A stretch of DNA of 64,000 nt from an uncultured Candidatus Melainabacteria bacterium (GCA_949398305.1 CASLVD010000002.1:2942-66941), one strand, 5' to 3'; numbered from the stretch's first letter, positions 28,747 through 37,620 are shown. Notes: generated by a model not told the origin, from the letters alone. Translations and numbers: made by a program.

Positions 28747-29735
28747 TGAAATTTGAAAATATAATTGGAGTTTATAATTCCGGTAATTATAAAATATTAA
28801 ACATCTTTGGAATTAAGTTAAAATTTAAAAACAAACATGCTGTTATTCTTAATCGAATGAGAAATATGCAAAGAGATTTAGTTAAGCAGAATAAACGATT
28901 GATTACAACTGCACTTCTTCACCAAAAAACTTTTTCAAGATTCAAGGGGATAAATAGAGGAAATGATGTATTACTTGTTGGAGCAGGTCCAAGCTTGAAT
29001 CATCTTGAACCTATTGAAGGTACAGTTAATGTTGGTTTAAATCGAACATTTATATTTGATAAAATTAAAATGGATTATCTTTTTGCGATTGATAAAGTCG
29101 GAATTGAGCAGTATTACGATGGTTTTATCAATTACAGACCTGATGAATGTATAAAGTTTGTAGGAGATCAAAATTTAGGTGCAGATTTTCAAATTCCCGA
29201 ATATGTGGCGTTAGAATCAAAAGCCTTAAGATACAAAACTTGTACCAAATTGTATCCGAGTGATTTTACACTGGATATTGATTCAGAACCTTTGGGAAAT
29301 TTCTGTACCGTATCATTACAAGCAATGCAATTTATATTATTTACTTACCCGAAAAGGGTTTATATTGCAGGAATTGACTGTAATATGACAAAAGCCGGAC
29401 ATTTTTCCGGCAAATCTTTTGATACATCAAAACGCAATGAAGATTCTCAGAAGAATGATGATAATTCAATTATATTCTGGAGTCGTTTAAAAGATTTTGC
29501 GGCTTGTTATTACCCTGATACAGAAATTGTTTCAATAAATCCTGTGGGGCTGCGAGGAATATTTAAGGAAGTCTGGACAGAATCGTATTTGGCTGAACAC
29601 CCTGAAATCCGTGCAGAATTGGGAAATGATATAGAAATATTATCTAATTTCGCAAATAATCAGAAAATCGGGGGGGGGGTAACCCTTTTAGGCCCTTATT
29701 TACAGCGTTTCAGGCGAAGGCGATTTGCAGCATAA
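28746..29735 (+). CDS. DUF115/MptE-like (motility-accessory-factor type) putative ulosonic-acid glycosyltransferase
   Basis: VGAGPSLNHLEPIEG and RVYIAGIDCN boxes. The C-terminal 20 aa are read through a G10 tract. Confidence 0.65.
   Translation: MKFENIIGVYNSGNYKILNIFGIKLKFKNKHAVILNRMRNMQRDLVKQNKRLITTALLHQKTFSRFKGINRGNDVLLVGAGPSLNHLEPIEGTVNVGLNRTFIFDKIKMDYLFAIDKVGIEQYYDGFINYRPDECIKFVGDQNLGADFQIPEYVALESKALRYKTCTKLYPSDFTLDIDSEPLGNFCTVSLQAMQFILFTYPKRVYIAGIDCNMTKAGHFSGKSFDTSKRNEDSQKNDDNSIIFWSRLKDFAACYYPDTEIVSINPVGLRGIFKEVWTESYLAEHPEIRAELGNDIEILSNFANNQKIGGGVTLLGPYLQRFRRRRFAA
29664..29735 (+). repeat. Poly-G junction cassette, copy A (G10 at 29670-29679)
   Basis: aaaatc-G10-taaccctttta...gcgttt.ag.cg.agg...tgcagcataa aligns with 32144-32213. 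Confidence 0.8.
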
Positions 29736-29770
29736 AAAATTGTTTGAAGTTGAAAATAGGGGAAATTAAA

Positions 29771-30688
29771 ATGGCAAAATTTGATAAAATAATTGGTATA
29801 TATAACGAAAATTATTATAAAATCATCAATATTTTTGGATTTAAAATTAAATTAAAGAATAGTAATCAACAATTGTATAAGAAAATGGATAAATTACATA
29901 ATGATTTAAATAGGAATATGCAAAAAAACATATCTGTATATGTTCAGCATGATAAGGCCTTTTCAGGTTATAAAAATGCTATGTACGGAAAAGATGTTTT
30001 CCTTATTGCAACAGGTCCTACATTAAATTACTTTAATCCTGTTGATGGTGCTGTGTATGTTGGCTGTAATGCTGCGTTTAAGTATGAAAAAGTTAAACTG
30101 GATTACTTATTTATGCAGGATTATGAAGCTGTGAAAGACTATATTGATGAAGTCCCGAATTTTGTAACTCCTGAATGTAAATTGTTTTATGGATATACTT
30201 GTGAGTATAAAAAAAGCAGAAGCAAGGTGATCCCTGAAAGTACTGCAATAAAACACGGTGCGATGCGTTATTATACGGATTGGGCAGATATAAAAGGTTT
30301 TAGACCGGAATTTGTGTGTGATATTACAACCCAGCCTTTGTGCTGTTATGGGACAGTTGCGTTTCCTTCTATGCAGTTTAATTTGTGGACTAATCCGAAA
30401 AGGATATATTTAGTCGGCTGTGACTGCTCAAGCAGCCATTATGATAAATCTAAGCTTGGTGATAATTTGGATGATTTAACTCATTTAATTAAAAAATGGA
30501 TTAAATTAAAGAACTTTGCTGATGCCTATTATCCTGATACGGAAATTATTTCAGTGAATCCTGTGGGGCTGCGAGGAATATTTAAGGAAGTCTGGACAGA
30601 ATCGTATTTGGCTGAACACCCTGAAATCCGTGATGAACTTGGCGATAAGATAGAAATTTTACAAACAAAAGAGGTAATGAATGTCTAA
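29771..30688 (+). CDS. DUF115/MptE-like putative glycosyltransferase (paralog)
   Basis: IATGPTLNYFNPVDG and RIYLVGCDCS boxes. ATG 29771 is preferred because MAKFDKIIGIYNENYYKIINIFGFKIKLKN parallels the paralog's N-terminus. The track start, TTG 29744, lies in the junction cassette. Confidence 0.7.
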   Translation: MAKFDKIIGIYNENYYKIINIFGFKIKLKNSNQQLYKKMDKLHNDLNRNMQKNISVYVQHDKAFSGYKNAMYGKDVFLIATGPTLNYFNPVDGAVYVGCNAAFKYEKVKLDYLFMQDYEAVKDYIDEVPNFVTPECKLFYGYTCEYKKSRSKVIPESTAIKHGAMRYYTDWADIKGFRPEFVCDITTQPLCCYGTVAFPSMQFNLWTNPKRIYLVGCDCSSSHYDKSKLGDNLDDLTHLIKKWIKLKNFADAYYPDTEIISVNPVGLRGIFKEVWTESYLAEHPEIRDELGDKIEILQTKEVMNV

Positions 30689-31415
30689 AACTTTGATATT
30701 TTTGGATTTTGACGGTGTGCTTTGTGACAGCGTAAAAGAAGCTTATTTACTTACACGTTTCGCGTATAAAAATACAGATGTAAAGCAGCCGATAGATGAA
30801 GAAAATTATCAAATGTTTCATAATTACCGTTTTCTTGTTGCAAACAGCTGGCAATATTATATTTTGGCAGATATTTTGGAAAATTTTTCTTATAAGAATG
30901 CTGATTTTATCGAAGCCCGCTACAAATACATTGTGTCTCAAGGAAAAACTGACAAATGTGACGAATTTAATAAAAAGTTTCTTGGTAAAAGAAAAGAACT
31001 TATGGAGCAGGATTTTGAATTTTGGAACGGCTTGGAAACTCCTACAAACTTTTTGCAAAAGTTAAAAAATATTATAGCACAGGCTGATGATTCATCATTT
31101 GCGATTCTTTCTACAAAAAATAAAGATGCTATTATTAAAAAATTTAATTTCTGGGGTGTGGAGTTTGATTCGGATTTAATTTTTGATAAAAAAGATTTGG
31201 AAAATTTATCTAAAGGTGAATTTATAAAAAGATATTTGGATTCTCATTCTGATATTGATGAAGCAATATTGATTGATGATAATGAAGATAACATCAACAG
31301 TTGTGCAAATATCGAGAATCTAAAAGCGTGTTTAACTTCGTGGGGATATTTAAAGTCTCCTGAAGGTAAAATGAGTGAAGATGATGTATTAAAAATAATA
31401 AAGGAGAGTGTATGA
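30681..31415 (+). CDS. HAD-like hydrolase (putative sugar-acid phosphate phosphatase)
   Basis: IFLDFDGVLCDS motif I and LIDDNEDN motif IV-like. It overlaps both neighbours (8 nt and 4 nt). Confidence 0.6.
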   Translation: MSKTLIFLDFDGVLCDSVKEAYLLTRFAYKNTDVKQPIDEENYQMFHNYRFLVANSWQYYILADILENFSYKNADFIEARYKYIVSQGKTDKCDEFNKKFLGKRKELMEQDFEFWNGLETPTNFLQKLKNIIAQADDSSFAILSTKNKDAIIKKFNFWGVEFDSDLIFDKKDLENLSKGEFIKRYLDSHSDIDEAILIDDNEDNINSCANIENLKACLTSWGYLKSPEGKMSEDDVLKIIKESV

Positions 31416-32173
31416 ATATAGTCGGAGTAATACCTGCCCGCTACCAGTCAACAAGATTTCCGGGGAAACCCCTTGCTGATATTTGCGGCAAACCTATGAT
31501 TTGGTGGGTTTATAATCAGGTAAAAAAAGTAGAAGCTCTATCAGAGGTTTATGTTGCAACAGATGACGAGCGTATTAAAACAGAATGCGAAAAATACGAT
31601 ATCAAAGTTGTAATGACAAAAGATACGCATAAAACACATCTGGACAGGTTAGCTGAATTTGTTCAAATAATTGATGCGGATTTTTACATTAATATTAATG
31701 GTGACGAACCGCTTATTGACCCTAAAAATATTGCAAAATTAGTACCAAATGGTGTTTCGCCTGATGAATTTTATTTTGCTAATGCTATGACACTAGTGAA
31801 AAATCCTGTGGAAGTTGTTGATAATGCGCGTATTAAAATTGTCACAGATGTTGACGGTTATGGGCTTTATATGGCAAGAACACCGATTCCATATCCGAAA
31901 GGTTCTTCAAATTTTGAGTATAAAAAATTTGTTGGGATTCAGTGCTTTAGTAAATCTGCGCTTGAATTTTGCGGTGTAACAGAACGCGGAGAAATCGAAG
32001 GTATTGAAGATATTGATGAATATAGATTTTTAGAACATGGTAAAAAAGTTAAATTTATACCTGTAGATGCTTCATCATTTTCTGTTGATACCAAAAAAGA
32101 TTTGGAAAAAGTCCGTGAAATGTTAAAAACTTCGCAGAATATTAAAATTTCGGGGGGGGGTAACCCTTTATAG
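31412..32173 (+). CDS. KdsB-like cytidylyltransferase (CMP-ulosonic acid synthetase)
   Basis: N-terminus VGVIPARYQSTRFPGKPLADICGKPMIWWV is the KdsB signature. The C-terminal codons run through a G9 tract. Confidence 0.75.
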   Translation: MNIVGVIPARYQSTRFPGKPLADICGKPMIWWVYNQVKKVEALSEVYVATDDERIKTECEKYDIKVVMTKDTHKTHLDRLAEFVQIIDADFYININGDEPLIDPKNIAKLVPNGVSPDEFYFANAMTLVKNPVEVVDNARIKIVTDVDGYGLYMARTPIPYPKGSSNFEYKKFVGIQCFSKSALEFCGVTERGEIEGIEDIDEYRFLEHGKKVKFIPVDASSFSVDTKKDLEKVREMLKTSQNIKISGGGNPL

Positions 32174-32213
32174 CTTATATTCAGAGCGTTTTAGCGGGAG
32201 GGCTGCAGCATGA
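32144..32213 (+). repeat. Poly-G junction cassette, copy B (G9 at 32152-32160)
   Basis: Homologous to 29664-29735. It ends in gcagcATGA, which supplies the start codon of the next gene. Confidence 0.8.
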
Positions 32214-32869
32214 TAAAAGTGTTAATCCCTGTCCGCGCCGGCTCTGTTAGAGTTAAAAACAAAAATATAAAACCTTTTGCAGATAGTAATCTTCTTACAA
32301 TAAAAGTAGAACAGATGAAACGAATTAAAGGTATTGATGGTGTAATTGTAAATTCAAATTCTGATGAAATGCTTGAAATCGCAGCCGGTCTGGGTGCAGA
32401 AGCAGTGAAAAGAGATGAATATTTCGCATCAAGTACTGTTTGTATGAACGAGGTTTACAAAAATATGGCAGAAAATTCTGATTGTGATACAATAATTTTT
32501 GCGGATGCGACAAATCCTTTAATCAAGGATGAAACCATTGAACATTGTATCAAAGCATATTTTGAAAATCTTGATGAATATGACTCACTTACAACAGTTA
32601 ACGAGATTAAACAGTTCATGTGGCAAGATGGCAAACCGATAAATTATGATGCGGCTAACAAGCCTAAAAGTCAGGATTTACCTGATATTGTAGCTTTAAA
32701 TCATGCCATAAGTATTATTCCAAGAAAATTGATGATTGAAAAAATGGATATTATCGGATACAAGCCAAATTTGTTTAAAATCGACTCTGTTGAGGCAACA
32801 GATATTGACAATGAAATAGATTTCGAATTCGCAGAATTTATGTATAAAAAATACAGGATGGTGAATTAA
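32210..32869 (+). CDS. Acylneuraminate cytidylyltransferase-family protein (NeuA/PseF-like)
   Basis: LIPVRAGSVRVKNKNIKPF N-terminal box of CMP-nonulosonate synthetases. 219 aa. Confidence 0.7.
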   Translation: MIKVLIPVRAGSVRVKNKNIKPFADSNLLTIKVEQMKRIKGIDGVIVNSNSDEMLEIAAGLGAEAVKRDEYFASSTVCMNEVYKNMAENSDCDTIIFADATNPLIKDETIEHCIKAYFENLDEYDSLTTVNEIKQFMWQDGKPINYDAANKPKSQDLPDIVALNHAISIIPRKLMIEKMDIIGYKPNLFKIDSVEATDIDNEIDFEFAEFMYKKYRMVN

Positions 32870-32871
32870 GA

Positions 32872-34449
32872 ATGAATGATATAAAAGTTTTAGATTGTAC
32901 TTTAAGAGATGGCGGATACGTTAATAAATGGGATTTCGGATTTAAGCGTATTGTGAAAATCTTGAAAAATCTTAACAACGCAAAAATAGATTATGCTGAA
33001 ATAGGATTTTTGAAAGATTGTGAATACGATAAAGAAAAATCTGTTTTTAACGAAATAAAAGAGATTGAAAATATTCTGCCAGAAGAAAGTCTTTATTCTA
33101 AAACTGTAGCTATGATTGTTTTCGGGCAATTTAGCAAGTCAAAACTTGTTCCTAAAACACCTGATATAAAACTTGATTCAATTCGTGTAACTTTTAAAAA
33201 ACATGAAATTAAAGATGTGTTTTCTTATTTCAAAAAAATTAAAGACTGCGGATATGAGGTTTTTGTAAATCCTACAAACATTGAAACTTATTCTGACAGT
33301 GAATTATTAGATTTAATTGAAAAAGTAAATAAATTAAAACCTTACGGGTTTTCTATTGTTGATACAAACGGGGTTTTGAAAGAAAGAAATCTGCAAAGGT
33401 TGTATTATCTTATTGATAATAATTTGGATGAAGATATTGCGCTTTGTTTCCACTCGCATAATAATCTTCAGCTTTCATTTTCTAACGCTCAGTGTCTTAT
33501 GAAGGTTAACCGTAATCGCCAATTGATTATTGATTCAACAATATTTGGCATGGGCAGAGGGGCAGGAAATCTTTGTACAGAGCTTTTAACCGAATATATC
33601 AACGATAATTATGATGGTAATTATGATATTATTCCTATTTTAAAAATTATTGATGAACAGATTAACCCTATATTTGCAAACACTCCGTGGGGCTATTCAG
33701 TGCCTTACTATCTAGCGGCAAAAAATCACTGCCATCCGAATTATGCAAAATATTTGGTTGAAAAACAAACTGTTCCGGTTGAAGTGATAAATAATTTGTT
33801 AAAACTTGTTCCGAATAATAAAAAATCACTCTATGATACAAATTTAATCCGTCAGATTTATCTGGATAATTTTTCTCATAAAATTGATGATACTGACACA
33901 GTAAAATATTTGAAAGAAACTCTTGAAGGTAAAGATTTGCTTGTTATTGCGCCGGGTAAAACTTTGATGCAGGAGCAGGAAAAAATTGATAATTATATCA
34001 AAAGTGAGAATCCGTTTATAATTTCTTTAAATTTTGATCCGGAAAATTATTCGCAAGATTTAGTATTTATTACTAATTTAAAAAGGTTTTCATCAATAGA
34101 AAACAATGATAAACCGCTTGTTGTAACTTCAAACATTGAATCTATTCCGCAAAATGCAAAATTGCTTAACTATTCATCATATTTGAATAATTCACGTATG
34201 TTTGATAACACTGCTTTAATGCTATTAAAACTTTTGGGTAAAATTGGTGTAAAAAAAGTTACTTTTGCAGGTCTTGACGGATTTAACACTAAAACAACCG
34301 AAAATTATATCAGCAATGAATTCGTAAATAACGGCAAAGAAGGCGAAGAATTTGATGAAAGAAATCAAATTATGAGCGAAGAATTGCAAAAATTTGCAAA
34401 GAAAATTGATATAAAATTCCTGACAAAATCGCAGTATACAATAAATTAA
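32872..34449 (+). CDS. HMGL-type aldolase (DRE-TIM barrel) fused to a C-terminal DUF115-like domain
   Basis: VLDCTLRDGG and CFHSHNNLQL metal-ligand boxes. The C-terminal half repeats the DUF115 boxes (DLLVIAPGKTL; KVTFAGLDGF). Confidence 0.6.
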   Translation: MNDIKVLDCTLRDGGYVNKWDFGFKRIVKILKNLNNAKIDYAEIGFLKDCEYDKEKSVFNEIKEIENILPEESLYSKTVAMIVFGQFSKSKLVPKTPDIKLDSIRVTFKKHEIKDVFSYFKKIKDCGYEVFVNPTNIETYSDSELLDLIEKVNKLKPYGFSIVDTNGVLKERNLQRLYYLIDNNLDEDIALCFHSHNNLQLSFSNAQCLMKVNRNRQLIIDSTIFGMGRGAGNLCTELLTEYINDNYDGNYDIIPILKIIDEQINPIFANTPWGYSVPYYLAAKNHCHPNYAKYLVEKQTVPVEVINNLLKLVPNNKKSLYDTNLIRQIYLDNFSHKIDDTDTVKYLKETLEGKDLLVIAPGKTLMQEQEKIDNYIKSENPFIISLNFDPENYSQDLVFITNLKRFSSIENNDKPLVVTSNIESIPQNAKLLNYSSYLNNSRMFDNTALMLLKLLGKIGVKKVTFAGLDGFNTKTTENYISNEFVNNGKEGEEFDERNQIMSEELQKFAKKIDIKFLTKSQYTIN

Positions 34450-35006
34450 CTGATTTTTGATGAAACTTCATTTTTCATCGCATCATAAATTTTGTATGTC
34501 ATATAGCAATCTTGTTCGGCTCTGTGATGACCTGAGGAATCAATCTTATAATAATCTGCAACAAGGTTTAATTTGTGGTGCTTAAGATCGCAAATTTTTC
34601 GTGACATTGCGCAGGTATCAATGTAATCATTTGAAAATTCTTTATTGAAGTATTTTTGATAATTATCATAAATAAAATTAATATCGAAATTAACATTATG
34701 ACCAATTACAACATCTTGTCCGATAAATTCAATATATTTATCAAGAACATTATCTATTGGCTGTGCTGTTTCAACCATTTTATTTGTAATACCTGTTAAA
34801 TTAGAGATAAAATAATTTATTTTGCTTTTAGGTTTAACAAGAGTTGTGAATTTTTCACTTATTTTATTTTGTCGAATTTTTATTGCCGAAAGCTCTATAA
34901 TTTCGTTTCTTAAACTTGAAAGACCTGTTGTTTCAATGTCTATAACTGTATAATCATCAGGAAGCGTGTTAATATTATTCCCTTTTTTTCGAATTTGTGT
35001 AGTCAT
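34446..35006 (-). CDS. DEDDh 3'-5' exonuclease (DNA polymerase III epsilon-like)
   Basis: Exo motifs VIDIETTGL, GHNVNFDINF and HHRAEQDC. Confidence 0.8.
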   Translation of the reverse strand: MTTQIRKKGNNINTLPDDYTVIDIETTGLSSLRNEIIELSAIKIRQNKISEKFTTLVKPKSKINYFISNLTGITNKMVETAQPIDNVLDKYIEFIGQDVVIGHNVNFDINFIYDNYQKYFNKEFSNDYIDTCAMSRKICDLKHHKLNLVADYYKIDSSGHHRAEQDCYMTYKIYDAMKNEVSSKIS

Positions 35007-35031
35007 AATAATTTTTTAGCATAAAATTTTA

Positions 35032-35568
35032 ATGGTGGCAAAAAATATTTTTACAGGGTTTATATTAAATATGGAAGTTTCATTTACAGGTATTCATAAT
35101 TTACATATAGGAAAGAAAACATATTCAAAATTCGGTTCATATGTTGACAGCACGGGAATAATAAAACGCGGAAACAAAGATTACACGGAAGTTTTAATCA
35201 AGTGTGATTTATCTGATGATGCGCAGGGTAATCATTTGAGCGAATTTCATGAAACACTTTCAAAGTGCAGACCGTGTTATCACGTTAATTGTATTAATCA
35301 TCAAAAACCTAATCAATTTACTTTGTTGATGAAACATTTTGGGGTAAAAGATGATGTAGCTGATGTTTTGAATTCGAATTTCAAAATTAATGATTATGAT
35401 ATTATGCTTGATGAACGTGAAATTTTACCGTTGTTTTCTTTTATGGCAAAAATAACAAGACAAATTGCGCTTGCAAAAGGTCCTTCAGATGCTCAAAAAC
35501 AATATGCGAAATTTGTTAATCATGGTATTCATAACGAAGCAATGAATTATATTGAAAACATTATGTAA
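35032..35568 (+). CDS. Hypothetical protein
   Basis: 178-aa ORF with an alternative start at ATG 35071. The N-terminus carries NIFTG and VSFTG motifs. Confidence 0.5.
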   Translation: MVAKNIFTGFILNMEVSFTGIHNLHIGKKTYSKFGSYVDSTGIIKRGNKDYTEVLIKCDLSDDAQGNHLSEFHETLSKCRPCYHVNCINHQKPNQFTLLMKHFGVKDDVADVLNSNFKINDYDIMLDEREILPLFSFMAKITRQIALAKGPSDAQKQYAKFVNHGIHNEAMNYIENIM

Positions 35569-35644
35569 TATTTATTATAATAACCTTGAAGCAGGAATTT
35601 CATAATATATAATTATTTGGTAGAGGATTTAAGAGAATTAAGTT

Positions 35645-36628
35645 ATGGAAAATTATCCTGTTGATATTGTATATTTGTGGTGTGATTCATCAGATGATGT
35701 GTGGCGAACTAAGAAAAATGATGAGTTACGCAAACTTGGCAAAACTACAGATAATGATTCCACTGGAGACTGCAGGTTTATTGATAATGATGAACTAAAA
35801 TATTCTCTGCGTTCTTTGGAAAAATATGCACCATGGATAAATAATATTTTTATAGTAACTGACAGTCAGGTGCCTAAATGGCTTGATACAACAAATCCTA
35901 AAATTAAAATTATTGACCATAAAGAAATACTGCCGGAAGATGTTTTACCGACTTTTAATGCTTCGGCTATTGAAACGGCATTACATAAGATTCCGAATTT
36001 ATCAGAACATTTTTTATTCGCAAATGATGATATGTTTTTTGCACGACCTGTACAAAAAAGTTTCTTTTTTGATGAAAAAGATACTAAACCTATTTTTAGA
36101 TTTTCAAAAAGACGAATTATAAATAAAACTTATAAACATCTTTACGGATATATGATTTCATCAGCTTATAAACTTGTTGAACAAAAATATGGAAAGTCTT
36201 TTCCATATTTCCCACACCATAATATTGATGCTTATTGTAAATCAGATATAGAAAAATGTTATAATGAATTTTTGGAAGGTTTTGAAAAGACTGCAAGACA
36301 AAAATTCCGTGAAAAAGATTGTATTCAGCGTTCAATTTTTGGATACTATTCGATTGCATGCGGCTGTGCATCGCCAAAAATTGTTAACAACTTTGCGGCT
36401 AAAATTTCTGATTTAATACATAAAAAATCTCAAGATTCTATGATGTTTGTCTTGAAAAAGAATAAATTATCACAAATAATTAAACACAGACCATATTTGT
36501 TTTGTATAAATGACAGTTCTGAAACCTGTGATGAGGATAGAGCAGCAATGAAAGAATTTTTAGAAAAAGAGTTTCCGCAGCAATCAAAGTTTGAGAAAAT
36601 GGGAATCACAAGGGAGATTAAAGAATGA
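35645..36628 (+). CDS. Stealth-family capsule/glycan hexose-1-phosphate transferase
   Basis: Stealth conserved regions DIVYLWCDSSDDVW, ELKYSLRSLEKYAPWINNIFIVTD and FNASAIETALHKIPNLSEHFLFANDDMFF. Confidence 0.8.
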   Translation: MENYPVDIVYLWCDSSDDVWRTKKNDELRKLGKTTDNDSTGDCRFIDNDELKYSLRSLEKYAPWINNIFIVTDSQVPKWLDTTNPKIKIIDHKEILPEDVLPTFNASAIETALHKIPNLSEHFLFANDDMFFARPVQKSFFFDEKDTKPIFRFSKRRIINKTYKHLYGYMISSAYKLVEQKYGKSFPYFPHHNIDAYCKSDIEKCYNEFLEGFEKTARQKFREKDCIQRSIFGYYSIACGCASPKIVNNFAAKISDLIHKKSQDSMMFVLKKNKLSQIIKHRPYLFCINDSSETCDEDRAAMKEFLEKEFPQQSKFEKMGITREIKE

Positions 36629-37620
36629 TTTTAGTAACTGGCGGTGCCGGATATATTGGCAGTCATAATGTAATAACTCTTATGGAATCAGGATACGATG
36701 TTGTAATATTTGACAGCTTGGAACTTGGTCATATTGAAACAGTAGAAGCATTGCGTAAGATTGATGCAAAAGGAAAAGTTGTTGATTTTATAAAAGGAGA
36801 CTTACAGAATTACAACGAAATTTATGAAGTTTTTAAGAAACATAAAATTGACTCGGTTGTACATTTTGCTGCATATTCTCAGGTGGCAGAGTCTGTAAAA
36901 AATCCTCAAAAATACTATTTTAACAATGTTTTTGGAACTTTAAATCTTCTGAAAGCAATGCTTAGTTTTGATGTTAAAAGAATCGTATTTTCGTCAACTG
37001 CAGCGACATATGGCGAGCCGGATTATGTTCCGATAGATGAAAATCATCCGCAAGTCCCGATAAATACATATGGTAAAACAAAATTAATGATAGAAAATAT
37101 TATGGATGATTATGATAAAGCTTACGGTTTAAAAAGTGTTCGTTTAAGATATTTTAATGTTGCTGGTGCAGATAGTAAAATTCGTGTTGGCGAATGGCAT
37201 GAACCTGAAACACATTTGATTCCTAATATTTTGAAATCAACTTTTAGCGGCGGTAAAACGTTTCAAATGTTCGGAACTGATTACCCGACAAAAGACGGAA
37301 CATGTGTAAGAGATTATATTAATATAGAAGACCTTGCAAATGCTCATGTTCTTGCACTAAAATATTTAGAAAATGGCGGTGTTACAAGCTTTTTTAATCT
37401 TGGTACAAATGAAGGCAGCAGTGTAAAAGAAGTGTTTACAACCTGTGAAAAGATTACCGGAAAACAAATTCCTGTTGATATAAAAGGAAGACGTGAAGGT
37501 GATCCGGCAACTCTAATAGCAGATAATAAAAAAGCTAAAGAAGTTTTAGGCTGGAATCCTGAAAAAATACTCGAAGAAAGTATTATATCAGCTTATAATT
37601 GGGAAAAAACATTAAAATAA
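36625..37620 (+). CDS. galE: UDP-glucose 4-epimerase
   Basis: GGAGYIGSH Rossmann motif, YGKTK catalytic motif, 331 aa. Confidence 0.9.
   Translation: MILVTGGAGYIGSHNVITLMESGYDVVIFDSLELGHIETVEALRKIDAKGKVVDFIKGDLQNYNEIYEVFKKHKIDSVVHFAAYSQVAESVKNPQKYYFNNVFGTLNLLKAMLSFDVKRIVFSSTAATYGEPDYVPIDENHPQVPINTYGKTKLMIENIMDDYDKAYGLKSVRLRYFNVAGADSKIRVGEWHEPETHLIPNILKSTFSGGKTFQMFGTDYPTKDGTCVRDYINIEDLANAHVLALKYLENGGVTSFFNLGTNEGSSVKEVFTTCEKITGKQIPVDIKGRREGDPATLIADNKKAKEVLGWNPEKILEESIISAYNWEKTLK

Noticed and set aside
29744-29770. TTG start for the second DUF115 gene (track coordinates)
   Set aside because: The extra nine codons lie in the poly-G junction cassette. ATG 29771 gives an N-terminus collinear with the paralog. 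The upstream open frame matters only in the G11/G8 fusion scenario.
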